From the NCBI GenBank assembly GCA_043812955.1, contig JBDRLN010000066.1, positions 885-64,884 of the forward strand: a stretch of 64,000 bases of DNA, written 5' to 3'. Position numbers and translations under genes: made by a program. This document shows, one piece after another, positions 57,027 to 64,000 of this stretch. The notes beneath the pieces were generated by a model that worked only from the letters and a program-made list of their open reading frames with translations, made no database searches and was not told where the DNA came from. Position 1 is the first letter of the stretch; every line of letters begins with the position of its first letter. The DNA comes from Candidatus Omnitrophota bacterium. Lineage in GTDB: Bacteria; Omnitrophota; Gorgyraeia; Gygaellales; Profunditerraquicolaceae.

Positions 57027-58784
57027 ATGCCTGATTTTTCAATAGGTATAGATATCGGAAGCCGGAATACTAAAGTGGTAGTTTTAGAGGGGAAGAATAA
57101 CCTGCTTCTTAACGATATGTTTATTTTTCCTACGCCCGCCCCTACCTTTACGGCGGGACGCACGCAGATGGAGGCAGGGCCATTTTTAGAGGAACTCGAC
57201 CGTTTTATCCGGCCTGAGGTTTTGCGGGCGGCAAAGGTGGGGATAAATATGCCCCAAACATCTATTACTGTCATGTCTGTTTTTCTCCCTAAAATAAATA
57301 AGAGAGAGCTGGAATTTGCGGCAATAAACGAAGCCAAGCAAAAGATGTTCCCGACATCCGGGCCCGAGCATATATTTAGATGTGTTTTTTTTGGCGAGCG
57401 GACCGTAGACAAAATTACCAAATCCGAGATCCTGGTGATCCGGGTTGAAAATACGCCAGTAAATAGGTTTTTAACCATATTCAATGAACGTAACGTGACT
57501 CCCTACTTGATTACGCCCAATCCCTGCGTCCTGCCGAATATTTTGCCCAAGGAGGCCTGGAAAAAAGATGAACCAGTGCTTTTGGTGGATATGGGAGCTA
57601 ATTCGATAAACATATCTATATATCGTAATTTAAGCTTAGTTTTTATGCGTAATCTCTCTCTTGGGATTGAAGAGATTTTGCTGGATATAGCCCGCCAGTT
57701 GCAGATGCCTCAGGAGCGGGTGGTTAAAGCAGTCTTGGAAAAAGGAATCCCGGAAGTCGATTTTGATTTTAAGGATAAGGTAGCGGTGGCTGAAGAAATA
57801 ATGCGCCAGAAATATGAAACAGGTGAATACGATAAAGAATCGTCAAAGCAGGAGATTAATCTCCTGGAATTAAAAGTGCTTTGGCAGCCGCATATCGAAA
57901 GAATAATTCAGGAGTTAAGGAAAACCTTTGTTTATTACAAAGAACAGTCAAAAAGCGGGCGTATTGAGCAGGTGTTTTTTTTAGGCGGCGGCAGTCAAAT
58001 AAAAAATCTTATCCCTATTTTAATCAACAATATAGGCGGGGGGAGTAAATTAGTCCTGCCCTTTTCCGGAGTGCAGATTCCCAAAGAGAAAGAAATAAAA
58101 GATGAGGCCCTGGCAACTCCTATATATGCGGGGGCAGTAAGCCTGGCCTTAGCTTTGCCGTTGGTTAAGCAAGGCCACTCGGCAGTAGTTAATTTTTTAC
58201 CTAAGGAGATTAGTCAAAAAGAAGTATACCAGGCAAGAAGATTAGTATTATTAATAACCTGCGGCGTATTTATTTTAGTTATGGCAATAATGTCAGCTCA
58301 AGTTTTTTTTAATAAAATGATACATAAAAAGAATATAGAGTTTGTAGAGTATGACTTAACCGAGCTTAAAGACGTGGCTAATCAGCTTAGGGACATGGAG
58401 CAGAAGTCAAATTTGTTGAGCCGGCGGATAGCCGAGACTACAAAGATCGCTGGAGAAAATTCCGGTTACCTGGGTTTCTTAGGGGGGTTAATTGTTAATG
58501 TGCCCCCGCAAATCTTATTAAGGGGATTTGATTTATTGGGCAATGCCTTAAAGATAGAAGCTCAGGTGTTTGCGGATTACGAAGATGCCGCCAGGGTTAT
58601 TATGGAATTTAGAAAAAACTTGAAGGCCCTGGGCAGTTTAAATAATATAAATATTACTTCCCTGGAATTGGAAAAGATTTCCCCCCAACCGAGGGACAGT
58701 GTAGCCGGCGGCAATATCGATTTGCGTCTTACCCAGTCCCAGGCCAGGAATTTCAGCCTAAGCGCGGAAGTCAGCAATAAATGA
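57027..58784 (+). CDS. PilM-PilN fusion protein
   Basis: IGIDIGS, VDMGA, FLGGGS actin-like domain, then NFLP, TM and coiled coil. Confidence 0.82.
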   Translation: MPDFSIGIDIGSRNTKVVVLEGKNNLLLNDMFIFPTPAPTFTAGRTQMEAGPFLEELDRFIRPEVLRAAKVGINMPQTSITVMSVFLPKINKRELEFAAINEAKQKMFPTSGPEHIFRCVFFGERTVDKITKSEILVIRVENTPVNRFLTIFNERNVTPYLITPNPCVLPNILPKEAWKKDEPVLLVDMGANSINISIYRNLSLVFMRNLSLGIEEILLDIARQLQMPQERVVKAVLEKGIPEVDFDFKDKVAVAEEIMRQKYETGEYDKESSKQEINLLELKVLWQPHIERIIQELRKTFVYYKEQSKSGRIEQVFFLGGGSQIKNLIPILINNIGGGSKLVLPFSGVQIPKEKEIKDEALATPIYAGAVSLALALPLVKQGHSAVVNFLPKEISQKEVYQARRLVLLITCGVFILVMAIMSAQVFFNKMIHKKNIEFVEYDLTELKDVANQLRDMEQKSNLLSRRIAETTKIAGENSGYLGFLGGLIVNVPPQILLRGFDLLGNALKIEAQVFADYEDAARVIMEFRKNLKALGSLNNINITSLELEKISPQPRDSVAGGNIDLRLTQSQARNFSLSAEVSNK

Positions 58785-59500
58785 AGAAGATAGACATATT
58801 TTTAATTATAGTAGGCGGGCTTAGCTTGTTGGGCCTGACACTTTTTTTCATAATACAATTTAAGGAAGATGCTTTGCTGCGCGGGATGTTACATGAAAAG
58901 AAAAGCGAGCTGGCTAGGGCCCAGACTGCTAATTTACGCTTAGAGGATTTAAAGAAACGGGGTGAAAATCTACAGGAGAAAGAGAAGGTATTGTATGCAA
59001 AGGTGCCGCTGGAAAATGATGACCTATTTGGGGCAATTAAGACATTAACCGGGGTGGCTAATAATTTAGGGTTAAGGGCGGTTACCTTTGAGATTAAAAA
59101 TGAGCTTTCCGATCAAGAACAGAAATCAGCCTCGGGAAAGATTGGAAACATATTTTCTTTAGGGGTTAAATTAAAAAGCAAATTTGTGCCTTCAGAGGAG
59201 AACATTGGTGCCGCCTCCCCAAATGAACAGGAATCTTCAATTCCGTCAGGTCCGGGGGAAGCGTCTACGCAGGAACAAGGAGATAAACAACCAGGAGAAG
59301 AATTTAAATCAACCGCAGGCCCTAAGAGAATATATTTAGAGATGAATTTCGAGAGCCTTCTTTCTCCGGCGTTTTCTTTTCTAAAACAGGTCAGCAAGAT
59401 AGATAGGCTGGTGACGGTAGAGGGAATAAAGATAATCCGAGAGGAAGCAATTCTTCCTTACCAGAGTTTTTCTCTGGTCTTAGCCGTTTATGTTTATTGA
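58781..59500 (+). CDS. PilO-like protein
   Basis: N-terminal TM, coiled coil, FL..V..IDRLVTVE.I.I. Confidence 0.72.
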   Translation: MKKIDIFLIIVGGLSLLGLTLFFIIQFKEDALLRGMLHEKKSELARAQTANLRLEDLKKRGENLQEKEKVLYAKVPLENDDLFGAIKTLTGVANNLGLRAVTFEIKNELSDQEQKSASGKIGNIFSLGVKLKSKFVPSEENIGAASPNEQESSIPSGPGEASTQEQGDKQPGEEFKSTAGPKRIYLEMNFESLLSPAFSFLKQVSKIDRLVTVEGIKIIREEAILPYQSFSLVLAVYVY

Positions 59501-59516
59501 GCCTTTTTATAAATGT

Positions 59517-60113
59517 ATGAATACTCAGAGGATTAAGAAAAAAAATATTGGTGGATTCACCCCTACACCTTTTATATATTTAAATAGTTTTAGATTGATA
59601 GACTGTTTAAAGCGATTGAATAACAAAAAGGTGCGGGGGTTTACCATTATTGAATTAACAATAGTTATTTTAATAATCGGTATTTTGGCAGTTTTAACCC
59701 TGCCTCGTTTTGGCAGTTTTTATGAGATCAAACTCCACGGCGCGGTTAAAAAAGTAATTTCCGATATAAGATATGCCCAGCAGTTGGCGATTTCCAGCCA
59801 CAGCGATTACCGGGTAAATTTTTCCGGCAATAGTTATAATGTCCGGTGGGTAACTGATGGCGCGTACGCCATCAGCCCTTTTACCCGGGGGAATCTGGCA
59901 ATAGATTTTAATACTGATCAGCAGTATAAAGGAATAACCATTAGTAACCCGAGTTTCGCCGGTACCACAGATTTAAGATTTAATTGGCAGGGTAATCCTT
60001 TAGGCGGCACTGGCGGGGATTTAATTACACCAGGGCAAGTTACCTTTTCATACCAGGGAAACAGCCTGACTATTTATGTTGAGCCCGGGACAGGAAAAGT
60101 GAGCTGGCAATGA
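59517..60113 (+). CDS. Minor pilin (FimT/MshC-like), set 2; leader interrupted by a family B element
   Basis: RG|FTIIEL, ISDIRYAQQLA, LRFNWQGNP, VEPGTG. Confidence 0.85.
   Translation: MNTQRIKKKNIGGFTPTPFIYLNSFRLIDCLKRLNNKKVRGFTIIELTIVILIIGILAVLTLPRFGSFYEIKLHGAVKKVISDIRYAQQLAISSHSDYRVNFSGNSYNVRWVTDGAYAISPFTRGNLAIDFNTDQQYKGITISNPSFAGTTDLRFNWQGNPLGGTGGDLITPGQVTFSYQGNSLTIYVEPGTGKVSWQ
59559..59640. mobile_element. Family B palindromic element inserted in frame in a prepilin leader
   Basis: ACCCC..CACCTTTT...AAAAGGTGCGGGGGT; GFT appears both before and after it. Confidence 0.82.
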
Positions 60114-60634
60114 AAGAAAAAGGTTTAACTTTGATTGAACTGGTGGCGATAATTGTGGTTTTGGGATTGAGTATACCGGTGCTTCTAACCATGTGGGCGG
60201 ATGTGGCCTGGCGATCAGTGCGCTCTGAGCGATTAGCCGACACCAGCTTTTACGTCCAGCAATTAATGGAGGAGGTCAGGTCTAAAAGATTTGATGAAAA
60301 CTCCGGACAGCCCTGGACTAGTAGTAGTAGTTTCGGCGTAAACACCGGTGAAAGCAGCGCTAATGGAGCTACTTTTGACGATATAGATGATTTTGTCGGA
60401 GCTACTGATGCTAATATTACAACTCCCGCTCCGGGTTTTACCCGGTCAGTAACTATGGACTATGTAAGGATGGTTAGTAATACCTGGACAGGTTGCGGTA
60501 CTACGGGTTGTAATACAACTACAGATTGCAGCGTATGCTCCGCTTGTTGTTATAAACGTATTCAGGTTTCGGTGGACAGTAATATTCCTAACGCGGGCAA
60601 TGCCACCCTGGTAACTATAATGAGCAGTTATTAA
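60110..60634 (+). CDS. Minor pilin (PilV/MshD-like), set 2, Cys-rich
   Basis: KG|LTLIEL, MEEV.SK.FDEN, FDDIDDF, six-Cys C-terminal loop. Confidence 0.82.
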   Translation: MKEKGLTLIELVAIIVVLGLSIPVLLTMWADVAWRSVRSERLADTSFYVQQLMEEVRSKRFDENSGQPWTSSSSFGVNTGESSANGATFDDIDDFVGATDANITTPAPGFTRSVTMDYVRMVSNTWTGCGTTGCNTTTDCSVCSACCYKRIQVSVDSNIPNAGNATLVTIMSSY

Positions 60635-60639
60635 AAAAT

Positions 60640-61200
60640 ATGGATATGAACCCCGTACCTTTTAAATATTTAAATAGTTTTAGATTAGTAAAGTCTTTAA
60701 AACGATTGAATACCCAAAAGGTGCGGGGTTTCACTCTGATCGAGGCGGTAATGGTTATTGTGATCGTGGGTATTTTAGCTGGCGGTTCCTCAATATACAT
60801 AAAGCAGGTTATGGATACTTGGAATTTTCAGAATTTCCGCGAAGAGGCAATTTCACAGGGCCGGATCGGCCTGATCCGGATGACCCGGGAGATCCGTCAG
60901 ATCAAAGGGCCATTTAATGTAACTGCGGCTAATCAGACGGTTTTTTCTTTTGTGGATTATAATGATAATGCGATCAGCTATAGTCTTTCCGGCACTAATC
61001 TCAACCGCAATTCCAATCTTTTGCTTTCTGGGGTGAATAATTTTACCTTTTCTTATTACAATATTACTAACCAGCTGGTTGCTGCTCCGATCCTGGCTCC
61101 TAACAGTACAAATATCTATAGGATAAATATAGATTTTCAGGTTCAATCCGGCTCTCAGACTAAACGTTTAAGGTCTCAGGTCTGGCCGCGGAATTTTTAG
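60640..61200 (+). CDS. Minor pilin (PilW/MshO-like), set 2; leader formed by a family B element
   Basis: RG|FTLIEA, IRMTREIR, LRSQVWPRN. Confidence 0.85.
   Translation: MDMNPVPFKYLNSFRLVKSLKRLNTQKVRGFTLIEAVMVIVIVGILAGGSSIYIKQVMDTWNFQNFREEAISQGRIGLIRMTREIRQIKGPFNVTAANQTVFSFVDYNDNAISYSLSGTNLNRNSNLLLSGVNNFTFSYYNITNQLVAAPILAPNSTNIYRINIDFQVQSGSQTKRLRSQVWPRNF
60649..60730. mobile_element. Family B palindromic element in frame in a prepilin leader
   Basis: AACCCCGTACCTTTT...AAAAGGTGCGGGGTT; interior highly similar to 59559-59640. Confidence 0.82.
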
Positions 61201-61215
61201 GGAGTAATCAAACTT

Positions 61216-62676
61216 ATGAAAAAAAATAAAGGCGTAGCCTTGATCGTAGTTATTTTCGGAATTATGCTTTTGGCTGTCTTAGGCTGGACCTTAACTTCTT
61301 TGCAATCGGGGGATTTTGATTTTAATCTGCGCCATCTGGAATCCGAAAGGGCTTTGTTCCTGGCTGAGGCTGGGATCCAAGAGTCTGTAATGCTTTTAAG
61401 ATCCACAGATCCATCTTTTGACTCTGATGCCGATACGCTAACCCGAGCCTTGAATTACGGACAATATTATCTTACCCGGGCTATTAATGGTTCAGCTATA
61501 GAAGTAACTTCTATCGGCTACATCCCCACAATGGCTAATCCTCGGGCAACCCGGGTGGTTAAAATAATAATGGTGCTCGGCGGCGGCAACCTTGATAAAG
61601 TGCTGGGCTGCGGAGGTATCTTTAATTGGACAGCGGCAAAAGCCGGCCATACGGTGACCATAGACGGAAATATGAGCGCATTATATTGGAACGGAGACGG
61701 CGATTCTAACTATAATGAGTTGGGTATTGATTACCGTCCCACCTCCCCGCTTTTGCCTGCGGGGTCCGGCAACCGGACGGTAGAGAACGGAATTAAAACT
61801 ATCCCAATGCAGTGGTATCATGATAATTCTGATTGCGAGTGGCCTAACCCGGGCACGCGGGATATAGCAGATACTGCTAATGCTACATCTAACGGTACTA
61901 CCTTAAGGGTTGATACTCCGAATTTCTTTAACAATATGACTGGCCAGGCAGTGCGGAATATTGACCACCTACCCTTATCTAGTGGAGCTTGGGCCGACGC
62001 TGATTGGGCAGTAATTTTAAATGTTGCTAGCGGCGGCAAGAATGTAACTTTAGATAAAACTATAAATGATACCTGGGATAATGATCGGATTAGATTGGTC
62101 CGGCGTTATTCCTCCACCGCGCCTTTGCCACCCGATCCTGAAGCAGGGGATAACGATGCGGGCGTAGGTTCAGGGATTAATTATGTTGGGGCAAATATTA
62201 CTCATGCTATGGGCTATCCGGTGGATGTGGTGATTGATTTAAGGTCAGATGACTGGGTTTTTAATTCGAATGGCAAGACTATTACAGATGTGAAGATAAT
62301 CTGCGAAGGGGATATTTTTATCAAAGGCGCTAATAAACTTCATATGGAGCATTCCGAATCCGGAGGTTCTAGCAGTCGTATGCATCCGCCTTTAGCCACG
62401 CAAAACGGAAATATTATTTGTCTTGACGCCACGACAGCAAACGATCGTATAATCAGCGGGGTTATTTTTTCCGAAACCGGCACCGTGAATTGGAATTATC
62501 TCAAGCATCCTACCAGCGGCGGTGGAAAGTGGCTGCGGGGGAATATGATTTATGGCCAGAATGTAACCTTAGACGGCGATATTACTCTTGAATGGCTGGA
62601 GGCATTAGTTCCTCCTGAAGCGGCTCAGTTTGGCCAATCCGTCACCCCAGGTAGCTATTCCTGGCAGGAGCAGTAG
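61216..62676 (+). CDS. Large PilX/MshP-like pilin with C-terminal putative adhesin region, set 2
   Basis: KG|VALIVVIF, RALFLAEAGIQE, beta-rich C-terminus ending WQEQ. Confidence 0.78.
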   Translation: MKKNKGVALIVVIFGIMLLAVLGWTLTSLQSGDFDFNLRHLESERALFLAEAGIQESVMLLRSTDPSFDSDADTLTRALNYGQYYLTRAINGSAIEVTSIGYIPTMANPRATRVVKIIMVLGGGNLDKVLGCGGIFNWTAAKAGHTVTIDGNMSALYWNGDGDSNYNELGIDYRPTSPLLPAGSGNRTVENGIKTIPMQWYHDNSDCEWPNPGTRDIADTANATSNGTTLRVDTPNFFNNMTGQAVRNIDHLPLSSGAWADADWAVILNVASGGKNVTLDKTINDTWDNDRIRLVRRYSSTAPLPPDPEAGDNDAGVGSGINYVGANITHAMGYPVDVVIDLRSDDWVFNSNGKTITDVKIICEGDIFIKGANKLHMEHSESGGSSSRMHPPLATQNGNIICLDATTANDRIISGVIFSETGTVNWNYLKHPTSGGGKWLRGNMIYGQNVTLDGDITLEWLEALVPPEAAQFGQSVTPGSYSWQEQ

Positions 62677-62681
62677 AAAAC

Positions 62682-62708
62682 CCATGTCCACCCCGTAGGT
62701 GGACATGG
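62682..62708. repeat. Family D short hairpin
   Basis: ccatgtccacc-ccgta-ggtggacatgg. Confidence 0.75.
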
Positions 62709-62725
62709 TTATTCATGGAGGAAGA

Positions 62726-63007
62726 ATGACTAAGAAGATAATAATAGTTGGCGTAATAGTGTTTTTACTGGGTTTATTTTTTTGCTGGGAGCTTAAGGCC
62801 CAAAGAACCCCGGACACCGATGAGGTGTTGGCCAGTTTGCTGGATAGGTTAGAACAGGTGGAAGCTAAGATGGATAAACTCAGCCTATCTCTGGATAAGG
62901 TTAGCAATCGGGAGGTTTTGATGAAATTAGATCAGGTCTTGGCTAATCAGCAGAAGGTTTTTAGCGAATTGGAGATAGTGAAGATCAGGGCATCCCAAAA
63001 AAGATGA
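62726..63007 (+). CDS. Small secreted coiled-coil protein
   Basis: SD GGAGG, signal peptide, KLDQVLANQ....ELEIVKIRA. Confidence 0.7.
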   Translation: MTKKIIIVGVIVFLLGLFFCWELKAQRTPDTDEVLASLLDRLEQVEAKMDKLSLSLDKVSNREVLMKLDQVLANQQKVFSELEIVKIRASQKR

Positions 63008-63011
63008 TTAA

Positions 63012-63077
63012 TAAATGGGGTCAGAATTATTTTTTCGAGCACGAAGACTAAAGAAAAAATAATTCTGACCCCATTTA
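63012..63077. repeat. Palindromic element TAAATGGGGTCAGAATTATTTTTT...AAAAAATAATTCTGACCCCATTTA
   Basis: ~23-bp inverted repeat; half copy at 25790-25812. Confidence 0.85.
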
Positions 63078-63126
63078 CTTTGATTTTGTCTTGACATAAT
63101 AGCTTAAAGGCAATACAATTTAAAAG

Positions 63127-64000
63127 ATGGATAATCCCGAAAAAAAAGAGAAAATAAAAAATCCTCAACCTGTTAGCAGCAAAAGAGTTAAATTTCCCCT
63201 GCGTAATTCCCTCTCTTTACTTACAAACATCTTTGTTTCTACCCGGAATATCATCGGTATAGATATCGGCTCTAATTATATCAAAATAGCCCAACTTCAA
63301 AAAAGCGGCAAGGGTTATATTATAAATCATTATGTTGCCCGGGCTATACCCTTGGAGGCCAGGGATAATATCTCGGAAAAGAAAAGGCTGACCTGGGAAT
63401 TTGTAAAAGAATTCCTTTCGACCTCCAGAATTAAAACCACGCTTGCGCGGTCCACCATTTGCGGCAAGGGCGTCTTTATTTTTTCCCTCAGCGTCCCCTT
63501 CATGAATAAAAAAGACCTTAAGGGGGCGATAAGCATCGAGTTAAAAAAACGCCTTCCCTTTCAATTGGATATAAATAACGTATCTTTCGATTACTTTATT
63601 ACCGACCAGATCCGCGACGATAAAGGTTTTTACTACCAGATAACTTGTATTGCCGCAGAAAAATCCGCAATAGACGAGCAGCTTAATTTTCTAAAAGAAA
63701 TGAATATCCGCCCGGTGAGTATAAATGTGATCCCGGATATTTTAGGCAATATCCTCCCCCTTTGTCTTAATTATCCCGCGAATAAGCCGATCTCGGTGCT
63801 GGAGTTGGGAGCTAACATATCTTTGCTCAATTTTTATAAAGGGAATAATCTGATTTTCTCCCGGGAGGTCCCTATCGGAGGAGAACATCTTACCCGGGCG
63901 ATGGCTAAGACGATCAATACTATCAATGGGCCGGTAAATATAACTATCGAGGACGCGGAAAAGATCAAGCGGGCCTGCGGCGTTCCTTTAGATGATGAAG
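63127..64000 (+). CDS. Second PilM-like protein (3' partial)
   Basis: IIGIDIGSNYIKIAQL, LPF, VLELGA, SREVPIGGEHLT, AEKIKR..G; frame open to the window end. Confidence 0.85.
   Translation, partial: MDNPEKKEKIKNPQPVSSKRVKFPLRNSLSLLTNIFVSTRNIIGIDIGSNYIKIAQLQKSGKGYIINHYVARAIPLEARDNISEKKRLTWEFVKEFLSTSRIKTTLARSTICGKGVFIFSLSVPFMNKKDLKGAISIELKKRLPFQLDINNVSFDYFITDQIRDDKGFYYQITCIAAEKSAIDEQLNFLKEMNIRPVSINVIPDILGNILPLCLNYPANKPISVLELGANISLLNFYKGNNLIFSREVPIGGEHLTRAMAKTINTINGPVNITIEDAEKIKRACGVPLDDE

Noticed and set aside
50342-62676. Diversity-generating retroelement or shufflon acting on pilins
   Set aside because: No reverse transcriptase, recombinase, TR/VR pair or inverted cassettes are visible in the window

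Overview
A 64-kb, AT-rich (roughly 40% GC by eye) chromosomal segment of an anaerobic diderm bacterium. Nearly all genes are on the + strand. Gene content and style are consistent with Ca. Omnitrophota or a related PVC lineage, but this is inference. In order the window holds: (1) tRNA-modification and radical SAM genes; (2) an Rrf2-led O2/NO-defence operon (FprA, rubredoxin, superoxide reductase, rubrerythrin-like proteins) preceded by a palindromic operator and an unannotated Cys-containing leader ORF; (3) housekeeping genes (lgt, copA, nfuA-like, birA, nadA, RluA family, uppP, PfkB, YqeY, MFS, GH1, a cNMP-P-loop-patatin fusion, a LeuT-like transporter with a small subunit); (4) a nitrogen-assimilation block (NfnAB/SudAB-like, gdhA, GSIII glnA, carA, N-terminal half of a split carB) with repeated ANTAR-type hairpin/terminator leaders and a c-di-AMP (ydaO-type) riboswitch; (5) lpxB with a GnnA-like gene; (6) a ~19-kb type IV filament cluster with a split secretin, two major pilins, PilHI-like ABC genes, a PilM-PilN fusion and two sets of minor pilins. 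The most striking unannotated signal is at least seven families of short palindromic REP/MITE-like elements with no transposase in the window. Several sit in frame inside genes at disposable positions. One family occupies the leader peptides of two prepilins, and its right end itself encodes the K-V-R-G|F-T prepilin-peptidase site. No rRNA, tRNA, CRISPR array, prophage or integrase was seen.
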